The notes beneath the pieces were generated by a model, which worked only from the letters and a program-made list of their open reading frames with translations, did not search any database and had not been told where the DNA came from. DNA of 30,229 bases from Candidatus Eiseniibacteriota bacterium (GTDB taxonomy: Bacteria; Arandabacterota; Arandabacteria; Arandabacterales; Arandabacteraceae). The DNA lies in the NCBI GenBank assembly GCA_043810925.1, contig JBDRNT010000079.1, positions 1 through 30,229 on the forward strand. The letters run 5' to 3'. Positions 8,838 to 17,067 of this stretch are shown one piece after another. The stretch's first letter is position 1. Each line of letters starts with the position of its first letter. The position numbers and the translations under genes are program-made.

Positions 8838-9850
8838 TAGTCCGGTTGCTGACCTACGATCTGGATCTTGAGGTCCCATTTGCGATTGCGAGGGGGACCA
8901 CCTCTGTTCGCAGAATATGTGTTGCGGAAATCGACTGTGATGGCATCAAGGGCTACGGCGAAGCCTCTCCTTCGAGATACTACGGTGATGATCCCGACAA
9001 GGCCGGCGAGACCATACTGGGATCGGCGGAGCTCATTGGTGATGATCCTTTTGCAATAGAGGTCATTGTCCGGAAGCTGGAGCAGGAGTTTCCTGCGAGC
9101 CCGTCGGGCCGTGCGGCCGTGGAGGCCGCGCTCTATGACATCGTGGGTAAGATTGCCGGCCAGCCCCTGTACAAACTCCTGGGTCTGTCAGGCAGGGATC
9201 TGCCCGTCACCTCTCTCACGGTCGGTGTGGAGGATGTCAGCGCGGCCGGCGGGAGGATCGACTTTCTCAGGACGTTCCCGATCCTGAAGGCGAAGGTCGG
9301 GTTCGGTGATGAACGCGCGCTTCTGCGTCTTCTTAAGAACGAGACCGAGGCGATCCTCAGGGTGGATGCAAATGAAGGCTGGTCGGTCGATGAGGCGATC
9401 GAGAAGATGTACTCCTACGGCAGCGAATTCTCGATAGAGTATTTCGAGCAGCCCCTTCCGAAGGGGGACCGGGAGGGTTACCGGGTGCTGAGGGAGAAGA
9501 CAAACGCGACCATTATTGTAGATGAGAGCGTCGCATGCAAGCAAGACGTTCTTGAATGGCGCGGATTGGCCGACGGCGTGAACATAAAGCTGATGAAATC
9601 GGGTGGAATACGCGAAGCGATGCGGATGATTTCGGTCGCGAGGGCGGCCGGTCTCAGCGTGATGATGGGTTGCATGGTTGAGAGTTCGCTTGGCATCACC
9701 GCGGCTGCACACATCGCCTCACTTGCAGATTATTGCGATCTTGATGGAAACTTGCTTATCAGTAACGATCCTTTCGACGGCGTAAAGGCCGCCGGGGGCA
9801 GGCTCAGCCTCTCCAACGCACCGGGTCTGGGCGTGAATCCGTCCGTTTAG
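8834..9850 (+). CDS. dipeptide epimerase, enolase superfamily (L-Ala-D/L-Glu epimerase / DgcA-like)
   Basis: GTG 8834 follows AAGGAG and overlaps the upstream stop. Motifs 'GYGEA', KxK 'LKAKVG', 'RVDANEGW', 'EQP', 'DES', 'NIKLMKSGG', 'GCMVES' and 'DLDG'. Confidence 0.92.
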   Translation: MIVRLLTYDLDLEVPFAIARGTTSVRRICVAEIDCDGIKGYGEASPSRYYGDDPDKAGETILGSAELIGDDPFAIEVIVRKLEQEFPASPSGRAAVEAALYDIVGKIAGQPLYKLLGLSGRDLPVTSLTVGVEDVSAAGGRIDFLRTFPILKAKVGFGDERALLRLLKNETEAILRVDANEGWSVDEAIEKMYSYGSEFSIEYFEQPLPKGDREGYRVLREKTNATIIVDESVACKQDVLEWRGLADGVNIKLMKSGGIREAMRMISVARAAGLSVMMGCMVESSLGITAAAHIASLADYCDLDGNLLISNDPFDGVKAAGGRLSLSNAPGLGVNPSV

Positions 9851-9903
9851 CAGTACTCCTCTGGGTAACGGTTCTGCTCACCTTTCTGTACAGTCGAATT
9901 CTG

Positions 9904-9931
9904 CTAAAGATCGTCAAGGCATGGCCGATAT
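9904..9931 (+). promoter_or_regulatory. sigma28 (FliA/SigD/WhiG)-type promoter
   Basis: CTAAA (9904-9908), 15-nt spacer, GCCGATAT (9924-9931). Matches the TAAA-N15-GCCGATA(A/T) consensus and ends 56 nt upstream of the TBDR start. Confidence 0.7.
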
Positions 9932-9987
9932 CGTGAGAAGGGATTTCATTGGCATATACATTTATGGAACCGGAGGAGAGGTGTGTT

Positions 9988-12597
9988 ATGGGAATAAGAA
10001 CACTGTGTTCTGTTGTTGCGTTGGGAGTGCTTTGTATCACGTGCAGTCTTTACGCAGGGACAACAGGAAAGATCGCTGGAATGGCTTTCGACGGCGACAC
10101 AGGTGAGCCGCTGACCGCGGTGAATATCACCATCGAAGGAACTCAACTGGGCGGGATCACAAATCTCGAAGGGCTCTATCACATCGTCAACGTGCCCCCC
10201 GGGGCCTACTCGGTGAAGGCGACCATGATGGGTTACCAGGCGGTACTGCAGGGCCGCGTGAGCGTAAGCACCGACCTCACGAGTACGCTGGATTTCGCAC
10301 TCAACCCGACCGTTCTCGATGTAGTCCCGGAGATCGTTGTAACCGCAGACAGACCACTGATCAGGAAAGACATGACCTCCTCGGTCAGTATCATCGAGCA
10401 TGATGAGATCGCGATGCTCCCGATTGAGTCACCGTTTGACATAGTCAGTTTTCAGGCTGGCGCTGCGATGGACAGGCGCGGAATCCATGTCCGGGGCGGC
10501 CGTGAAACAGAGATAGCCTATGCGGTAAACGGAGCGTCGATACTCGACCCTGTCTTTTCAAGAGCATCCGCAAGCTATGACGAGTCGGCGATACAGGAGA
10601 TGGTGATTCTCAGCGGCGGCTTCACCCCTGAGTATGGAAACGCGCAGTCTGGGATCGTCAACGTGATCACAAAGGAAGGCGGTCTCGAGTTCGAAGGAGA
10701 AATCGAGAAGAGCTTCTACCTGCCTATGGAGGCGCTGTGGAGTGCGGCCGACGACGCCAAGGTGTACGACACGGGCTTCAGTACGTCGAAGCTCACCCTG
10801 AGCGGACCGTCGCCGTGGACCCGTAAGATGAGATTCTTCGTATCGGGTGAGACCTCGAAGTGGGACGATTGGGACCCGCACGTACACGTCCTGCCCAATC
10901 AGGGCAGGGACCTGGACCAGGTGATATGGAAGTTGACCGGGTTTCCGGGACATGGCGTGAAGGTGTACTGCGAAGGCCTCTTCTATGACACCCAGTTCAG
11001 CGCCTGGGATGCGCAGCGGCAGAAGATCCCCGAGACATTTCTAGGTTACGACCGTAAAACACTCATAGGAATGCTCGGAATGAGCCATATGATAAGCCAT
11101 GACACGTACTATGACTTCTCTTTGTCCAGGTTCACCACGGGTTACCATGTTGCCCAAGCCGATAAGTGGTGGGACCTGTCGAAGTCACAGGCCTGGAACA
11201 CGACGCCGGCCGCCCAGGGTGGCGGCGGTCTCGATCTTCAGCCCGAGTATGATGCGGATAACTACATCATAGGTGGGGACAATCCCCTTTTCCATGATTC
11301 AGAGTCCACGATCTACAGCATGAGAACCAGTATTACCAGCCAGGTCAATGAGCACCACCAGGTCAAGGTCGGAGGTGAATACTCCCACTATGACACGCGT
11401 CACCAGGAAGTGTACGCGCCTGCCGGCAACGTCTACCGCAATGACTATGACGTGAACCCTGTCTGCGGTGTCGCATACGTTCAGGACAAGGTGGAGTACA
11501 GCGGCCTGATCATAAATGCTGGAGTCAGGCTCGATTTCTTCAACCCCAACTTCAGGATACCGTCGGACCCGACCTACCCTTGGCCGGATTCGATTCAGGC
11601 ACCGGGTCCCGAGTGCGGGGGGCCGGACAATACCGAGCCGCCGCTCCACAATCTGAAGGATGCTTCCGTCAAGTACCAGGTGAGTCCGCGGTTGGGGATG
11701 TCGCACCCGGTCTCCGAAAGAACCGTGCTTCACTTCACTTATGGACACTATTTCCAGGTACCGGCGTACAGTTACCTCTATAGCAACACCAAGTACGATG
11801 TAGGCGGGCACTGGCCGTTGATCGGAAATCCCGATCTCGAACCCGAGAGGACCGTCTCCTACGAAGTGGGTGTCGAACATTTGATTTCGGATGGTGTGAT
11901 GATCGATCTCACCGGCTTCTACAAGGACATCGATAACCTTCTTTCAACGGTGATCGTAAACGACAGCCGGTATCCGAATCCGGACGCTCCGAACGCCACC
12001 GAGTACACGACATACGGTAACACCGACTGGGGCAATGTCAGGGGCTTCGAGGTCACGACACAGAAGAAATTCAGGGAAGACTGGATGGGAAGGCTGATAT
12101 ATACCTACATGATAGCAAAGGGTCGTAGCTCTGATGTAATCGAGGGCTATCTCAACCGGTTCGATGACAACGTCCCGCCGTCAAAGGAATACTACCTCGA
12201 CTGGGACAGGCGTCACAGTCTGGTATTTGACATCGGTTACGGCCGGAAAGGCAACTGGGCCGCGAACGTGCTGGTCAAGTACGCTTCCGGTGCGCCCTAC
12301 ACACCCGTTGAGAACACAAGGTCTGCCCAACCGGAACAGAACACGGCCAGGTTCCCTTCGACATCCGTGGTCAACGTGAAGATCTCCAAGGACTTCCATT
12401 TCCACAATCTGGCCCAGCAACTCTATCTCCAGATTCATAATCTCTTCGATAAACGAAACCTGGTTGGTTTCGATGATAGCAACACCGATCTGATGAGGCA
12501 CCTGCGTTTCCATGGGGAATATACGGGTCCGTATAATGACGTCACTGTTTTCGGCTCGCCCAGGGAAATAAGAGCCGGAGTGAAGCTGGGATTTTAG
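9988..12597 (+). CDS. TonB-dependent receptor with N-terminal carboxypeptidase-regulatory-like domain
   Basis: ATG 9988 follows GGAGGAG. Signal peptide then 'GTTGKIAG...GEPL..VNITIEG..G.T..EG.Y.I.NVPPG.Y'. Plug 'HVRGGRETE', 'GGFTPEYGNAQSGIVNVITKEG'. Barrel motifs 'YVQDKVEY..L.INAGVRLD', 'SPRLG' and 'GNPDLEPERTVSYEVG'. C-terminal Phe. Confidence 0.93.
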   Translation: MGIRTLCSVVALGVLCITCSLYAGTTGKIAGMAFDGDTGEPLTAVNITIEGTQLGGITNLEGLYHIVNVPPGAYSVKATMMGYQAVLQGRVSVSTDLTSTLDFALNPTVLDVVPEIVVTADRPLIRKDMTSSVSIIEHDEIAMLPIESPFDIVSFQAGAAMDRRGIHVRGGRETEIAYAVNGASILDPVFSRASASYDESAIQEMVILSGGFTPEYGNAQSGIVNVITKEGGLEFEGEIEKSFYLPMEALWSAADDAKVYDTGFSTSKLTLSGPSPWTRKMRFFVSGETSKWDDWDPHVHVLPNQGRDLDQVIWKLTGFPGHGVKVYCEGLFYDTQFSAWDAQRQKIPETFLGYDRKTLIGMLGMSHMISHDTYYDFSLSRFTTGYHVAQADKWWDLSKSQAWNTTPAAQGGGGLDLQPEYDADNYIIGGDNPLFHDSESTIYSMRTSITSQVNEHHQVKVGGEYSHYDTRHQEVYAPAGNVYRNDYDVNPVCGVAYVQDKVEYSGLIINAGVRLDFFNPNFRIPSDPTYPWPDSIQAPGPECGGPDNTEPPLHNLKDASVKYQVSPRLGMSHPVSERTVLHFTYGHYFQVPAYSYLYSNTKYDVGGHWPLIGNPDLEPERTVSYEVGVEHLISDGVMIDLTGFYKDIDNLLSTVIVNDSRYPNPDAPNATEYTTYGNTDWGNVRGFEVTTQKKFREDWMGRLIYTYMIAKGRSSDVIEGYLNRFDDNVPPSKEYYLDWDRRHSLVFDIGYGRKGNWAANVLVKYASGAPYTPVENTRSAQPEQNTARFPSTSVVNVKISKDFHFHNLAQQLYLQIHNLFDKRNLVGFDDSNTDLMRHLRFHGEYTGPYNDVTVFGSPREIRAGVKLGF

Positions 12598-12612
12598 GAT
12601 TGGAGGACTGAT

Positions 12613-14502
12613 ATGAAGCTCAGGAAAGCTATCCCAATCTGCACCATCATGTTTCTGCTGATATCCATGGAATCTGGAGCGTGGGATGAAGATGTGATTG
12701 CACGGTTCGGTCCTCCCGGTTCGCGGGAGGGTGAGTTCGCGACACTGGCGCCCTGTGTGGGGGCCGACTTCAGCTACTTGCTCGGCGATCTCTGGTTCCC
12801 GCAGATTTACACCGTGGGCATCTGCCTCTACACCGGTTACTACCCCGGCTCATCGGGTAACACCCAGGTGTTTCAGACCGGACCATGGGCCGGTGGGTAT
12901 GCCGAGGACGGCGAAGGGGGAGAGCCTTATACGGCCATAGGAACCTTCGACCAGCTTGACTTTCTTATGTATGACTCTGTTTGCAGCGGGTTCAACGTTG
13001 CACAGCCGGGGAACAGCTCCATGGACCTCGAAAGCACCTTTGACACGGGCTACTCGCCCCAGGACCTTGGCGTGGTTCTTACGCTTCGGTACATGATGTG
13101 GGACGACCCGCGGCTTGATGACTTCATCCTGATCAAGGCCGACCTCAAGTTTACGAAGTCGGTACAGCACTTCTGGTGGGGCTGGATGTCGGATTGCGAT
13201 ATGGGCAACAATGACCTGCCTGACTACTACTATGACGATCTCGTTGGGTATGACGAGACGCGTGGCGTTGCCTATATGTACGATGACGACGGCGACCCGG
13301 CCGACGAGTCCGACCGTAACAGCAAGCTCCTGTCATCGACATACATAGGACAGATGCTCCTGTCGGGGCCTCCACCGGGTGGAAGCGTAACCGAGACGCC
13401 GGTGGCCGGTGTTTCGTGGGAGACCGTGACGTGGTGGGACTGGAACAACGATGTGACGAGTGGCGCCTCTGCATACGACAGGATGTCCCAGGGCACCGTT
13501 AAGCCCTGTCCACCCGACATACCCTTCGACTACAGAATGATGTCGGCAATAGGGCCCTACAACGTCGAGGCCGGTGACTCGACTACGTTCTATCTCGCCA
13601 TGGTCTTCGGCGAGGGGCTCGATGCAAGTTTCTGGTCAAGGAGAGCCAGGGCCGGCGCCGAAGTCTCGACTCTCGGATCGCTTATGGAGCACGTCGATAA
13701 CCTCAAGGCCTTCTTCCTGGACGGATTCATGCTGGATGATTTCGCGCCGCATGCTCCGATCCTTGAAGAACCTCTCTTGAACGGCAGGCAGGTGACTCTC
13801 GAATGGTTGTCTCCCTCCGAGGAAGACGACGATTTCGCCGGATACCGGCTGTACAACAGCCTGGTCTCGAGTACGGGACCGTGGCAGCTGATACGGGACT
13901 TCGAGGGCCGGCCATTCGTCAACTCCGCAGCCGACACCGTACGGATAGGTTTTCCGTCCTTTTACCTGGCCACCGCATATGACGATGCCGGCAACGAGTC
14001 GACACGCGGCAGCGCATTTACAAAAACCCTGGATGGTGTCTACGCTACGCCGCTACCGTCTGATTTTGACGGTGATTGCTCAGGCCATTGTGAAGACATG
14101 TGCCAGGGGTGCCAGGACTGCATCGACGAGTGCATGAGAAGCTGCATGGAACAGGCCATTGCAGGCGCCCTCGACGGCATCATAGTATCGCCGAATCCAT
14201 ACAGAGGGAGTGCTGACTGGGAGAGGCTCGACTACGAAGGCCGGATCTCGTTTTACAATCTACCGAAACGCTGCGCAGTGCATATCTACTCCATGACCGG
14301 TGAGCTGGTCGATGTGGTCTACCACAACGTATCAGGTGATTTGACTCCGGATCCCGGTGGCAGCGAAACCGGGGGAGAGAGATGGGACATGCTCACGTCG
14401 AACAACCAGTCGATTGCAAGCGGAATATACATTTACAGGGTGGTAAGTCATGAGTACGGGGAGAAAATCGGGAAGTTTGCGGTAATCAAAGGTGAACGAT
14501 GA
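12613..14502 (+). CDS. secreted acidic protein with FN3-like domain, Cys-rich insert and T9SS-CTD/FlgD-like C-terminal domain
   Basis: GGAGG SD and signal peptide. FN3-like 'PHAP....VTLEW.....DFAGYRLY...FYLATAYDDAGNES'. CTD-like 'IIVSPNPY...ISFYNLP..C.VHIYSMTGELV...WDMLT...IASGIYIYRV...IGKFAVIK'. Confidence 0.8.
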   Translation: MKLRKAIPICTIMFLLISMESGAWDEDVIARFGPPGSREGEFATLAPCVGADFSYLLGDLWFPQIYTVGICLYTGYYPGSSGNTQVFQTGPWAGGYAEDGEGGEPYTAIGTFDQLDFLMYDSVCSGFNVAQPGNSSMDLESTFDTGYSPQDLGVVLTLRYMMWDDPRLDDFILIKADLKFTKSVQHFWWGWMSDCDMGNNDLPDYYYDDLVGYDETRGVAYMYDDDGDPADESDRNSKLLSSTYIGQMLLSGPPPGGSVTETPVAGVSWETVTWWDWNNDVTSGASAYDRMSQGTVKPCPPDIPFDYRMMSAIGPYNVEAGDSTTFYLAMVFGEGLDASFWSRRARAGAEVSTLGSLMEHVDNLKAFFLDGFMLDDFAPHAPILEEPLLNGRQVTLEWLSPSEEDDDFAGYRLYNSLVSSTGPWQLIRDFEGRPFVNSAADTVRIGFPSFYLATAYDDAGNESTRGSAFTKTLDGVYATPLPSDFDGDCSGHCEDMCQGCQDCIDECMRSCMEQAIAGALDGIIVSPNPYRGSADWERLDYEGRISFYNLPKRCAVHIYSMTGELVDVVYHNVSGDLTPDPGGSETGGERWDMLTSNNQSIASGIYIYRVVSHEYGEKIGKFAVIKGER

Positions 14503-14525
14503 GCGGTTCGGAGGAGGCCTGGATC

Positions 14526-15512
14526 ATGAAATTTACGAGTGCAGTCATAACGGTTGTGTGTTTGATCGCGGTGTCGGTACCTTGCTACGCCTTGATGGAC
14601 AAGGTCGGTACGGCAGGGGCCCTCTTCCTCAAGATCGGGATGGACCCCAGAAGTGTAGCCATGGGGGAGGCCTCCGGGGCGCTTGTAGGACATGCCTCAG
14701 CAGCTTTCACGAACCCGGCCGGACTTGCGGGGATCAAGACGAGACAGATCTTCATCACCGACACGGAGTGGATTGCGGACATAAGGATGCTGGGAGGAGT
14801 ATACGCGTTCCCGTATACCAGTTACGGGGTGATAGCACTGAGCGGCATCGCTGTGGACTATGGTGAGATGCCGATGGTGAGGGAGGAAGAGGCGGATGTC
14901 GTCGTTGAGTACTTCAGTCCGCAGGATATCGCGCTCGGGATCTCATACGCCCGTACGTGGACCGACAGGCTGATGGTCGGCGGGTCGTTGAAGTACATCG
15001 ACCAGGCAGTTGCGGACTTTCATTCGCGGGGCTTCGCCTTCGATTTCGGCACCATATACTACACCGGATACAGATCGCTGAGGCTGGCGATGGCGACCAA
15101 CAACTTCGGTCCCGACCTGCGGTTCGACGGCACCTATGTTGACAAGTACTATATCGGAACGGCCTACGTGGAGTCGGAGAAGACATTCGGAGAATACGAT
15201 CTGCCTTTGAACTTCAGGTTCGGACTGGCATATGACTTTGAACTGTCTCCTACCGGCAGACTGACTGCCGCACTCGACGCAAGTCATCCGAATGACTATT
15301 CAGAGCGGATACACCTGGGTGCCGAATACGCGTGGTCGGAGATGTTCTTCCTGAGAAGCGGCTATACCTTCAATGCGGAGGAGATGGGTTTTTCCGGAGG
15401 CTGCGGAGTCAAGTTGACGACGTCGATGGGAATCGGTTTGGTGGACTATGCCTATACCGATCATGGCGTTTTCAGAGGCGTCCACAGATTCTCCCTGGGC
15501 ATCTCCTTCTAG
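14526..15512 (+). CDS. PorV/PorQ-family (FadL-like) outer membrane beta-barrel
   Basis: ATG 14526 follows GGAGGAGG. Signal peptide. Motifs 'GTAGALFLKIGMDPRSVAMGEA', 'FTNPAGLA', 'AFDFGTIY', 'NFGPD', 'LPLNFRFG' and 'GAEY...FFLRSGY'. C-terminal 'HRFSLGISF'. Confidence 0.9.
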   Translation: MKFTSAVITVVCLIAVSVPCYALMDKVGTAGALFLKIGMDPRSVAMGEASGALVGHASAAFTNPAGLAGIKTRQIFITDTEWIADIRMLGGVYAFPYTSYGVIALSGIAVDYGEMPMVREEEADVVVEYFSPQDIALGISYARTWTDRLMVGGSLKYIDQAVADFHSRGFAFDFGTIYYTGYRSLRLAMATNNFGPDLRFDGTYVDKYYIGTAYVESEKTFGEYDLPLNFRFGLAYDFELSPTGRLTAALDASHPNDYSERIHLGAEYAWSEMFFLRSGYTFNAEEMGFSGGCGVKLTTSMGIGLVDYAYTDHGVFRGVHRFSLGISF

Positions 15513-15636
15513 CTCATAAACTCAAACACCTGGAGCGGCGGGTCTCCGTGCCCGACGCTTCATGTTCATTCGCTCGCGTCCCAGGAGGTGCGCCGGCGCG
15601 GCGGTGCCCTTCTGTTGCGTCCCCTATGGGATTGGC

Positions 15637-15665
15637 TTGACTTCCGGCGTAGGTGGTGGTACAAA
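15637..15665 (+). promoter_or_regulatory. putative sigma70 promoter of the PspC-domain gene
   Basis: TTGACT (15637-15642), 17-nt spacer, TACAAA (15660-15665) with an extended TGn. Confidence 0.5.
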
Positions 15666-15706
15666 CACTCCTGTCGAGCTCACACAACCGAAGTGGAGGT
15701 GATTTT

Positions 15707-16324
15707 CTGGCAGACATACGGAGGATCTACAAGCTCAGGCAGGGTCGGATAATAGATGGTGTGTGCGGAGGAGTCGCGGCGTATCTTGACATAGACCCGA
15801 TATGGGTACGAATAGGTTGGGCGGCGCTGAGTCTCGCAGGCGGTATCGGACTCATAGCATACGGTCTGGGGATGTACCTCTTTCCCCGGATTGAGGAGGG
15901 TACCGAACAGCCCGCGCCTGTCGGGCGGGCATCAGGCCCGCTGATCGGCGGCATTCTGCTGATCTCCGTCGCGGTGCTCCTGTTTCTGAGAGTATTCGGC
16001 TTAATGCAGTACGGTTTCTGGGGAGCGTGGCACGTCGCATGGATCGTTTTGTGGCCCCTCTCACTGATTTCCGGTGGCGCCTTTCTGCTTTTCGTCTACT
16101 GGAAGCAGGGTGCCGAAGATCGTCCGCGTCTGCTGCGATCGGCCGGGGACAGGATGCTCCTTGGCGTGTGCAGCGGGTTGGCGGAGTTCCTCAAGGCCGA
16201 CATCAATCTGGTCCGGTTCCTGTTTGCCCTGGTCATACTGTTGTCCCGGGGTGTCGGACTGATTGCCTACGCCGCAATCGGGTTGTTGAGCCCGGATGGC
16301 GAGAGCGGTTCGGAAGAGACGTAG
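15707..16324 (+). CDS. membrane protein with two PspC domains (envelope stress); probable CTG start
   Basis: PspC motifs 'GRIIDGVCGGVAAYLDIDPIWVRI' and 'DRMLLGVCSGLAEFLKADINLVRF' flank a central transmembrane pair. SD GGAGGTGAT at 15695-15703 precedes in-frame CTG 15707. Alternative start GTG 15653. Confidence 0.85.
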   Translation: MADIRRIYKLRQGRIIDGVCGGVAAYLDIDPIWVRIGWAALSLAGGIGLIAYGLGMYLFPRIEEGTEQPAPVGRASGPLIGGILLISVAVLLFLRVFGLMQYGFWGAWHVAWIVLWPLSLISGGAFLLFVYWKQGAEDRPRLLRSAGDRMLLGVCSGLAEFLKADINLVRFLFALVILLSRGVGLIAYAAIGLLSPDGESGSEET

Positions 16325-16433
16325 AGGGCGGTACGCTTCGGATCTCTGACGCGGCTCGATGGACATGCGCGGCCGGCCTATGTACCTCGGCGAGACAGGT
16401 TGTGACGACTACCGGTGTTTCATCTCTGCAGCG

Positions 16434-16946
16434 TCACAGACAGCCCTTCAGTTTCAGCGATGCGACTACCTCGCTCTCGCCCATCATGGTCACATCAACA
16501 CGCATCTGGGGGCGCATCCTGACCTCGTTAATGCACTTGCTGAAGAGATTCGCCTTCGCGGCCCGCGAGCTCTCCTTGAGTAAGACGCACTGGGGAAGAA
16601 GGCTCTCGGTTGTCGACATGAACCACAATACGACAGTCTCATCCCTTTCCACGTTGAGGGGAAGCCGCAGTTCAAAGGACCCGGCGGCGGTCGTATGTCC
16701 CACCTCGACCAGGAGACCGTCCGCGAAGAGTTTGACCATGACGCCCCCGATCGGCTTGCCGTCAGCACCGACGACATCCCCCACTATCACTTGCTGGGGA
16801 AACGGCAGGGGAGCACCCTTATCGAGCGTACGTGTCACCTCTGAGCGCGTGGCTGCATCGTCGGCCTTCGATCCGGGCTCGACCGCGTGACCCACAGAAC
16901 ACGAGACTATGACAATCACACAGGAGATCAGAATCAAACGATCCAA
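16434..16946 (-). CDS. hypothetical exported protein with carboxypeptidase-regulatory/prealbumin-like domain
   Basis: TTG 16946 follows AAAGGAGG. Hydrophobic signal peptide. 'IVGDVVGADGKPIGGVMVKL...HTTAAGSFEL' fits this fold. Has its own promoter. Confidence 0.7.
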   Translation of the reverse strand: MDRLILISCVIVIVSCSVGHAVEPGSKADDAATRSEVTRTLDKGAPLPFPQQVIVGDVVGADGKPIGGVMVKLFADGLLVEVGHTTAAGSFELRLPLNVERDETVVLWFMSTTESLLPQCVLLKESSRAAKANLFSKCINEVRMRPQMRVDVTMMGESEVVASLKLKGCL

Positions 16947-16977
16947 TTCTCTACCTCCTTTCAAGGCTACCAGCGGC

Positions 16978-17006
16978 AGGTTATCAAATCGCCGCCGGGC
17001 TGTCAA
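16978..17006 (-). promoter_or_regulatory. sigma70 promoter
   Basis: Minus strand TTGACA, 17-nt spacer, TAACCT with an extended TGn. Confidence 0.65.
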
Positions 17007-17018
17007 CAACATCCGGGG

Positions 17019-17047
17019 TTGATTAAGGGAGGCGGAGCGCTTATCTT
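17019..17047 (+). promoter_or_regulatory. putative sigma70 promoter of the FmdB-family gene
   Basis: TTGATT, 17-nt spacer, TATCTT. Back-to-back with the minus-strand promoter. Confidence 0.5.
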
Positions 17048-17067
17048 TCAAGCAAAAGGAGGGTAGT

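Noticed and set aside
14077-14145. Cys-rich segment as a SCIFF/ranthipeptide precursor for the radical SAM enzyme, or as heme/ferredoxin motifs
   Set aside because: It is embedded in a large secreted protein. The radical SAM is TIGR03960-type with no SPASM/RRE and lies ~9 kb away. There is no CxxCH, and although CQGCQDCIDEC has CxxCxxCxxxC spacing it lacks the terminal Pro and ferredoxin context.
16027-16890. 287-aa plus-strand ORF, and other long antisense or shadow ORFs in the track
   Set aside because: They overlap well-supported genes and have Arg/Ser-rich non-protein-like composition typical of GC-rich shadow frames.
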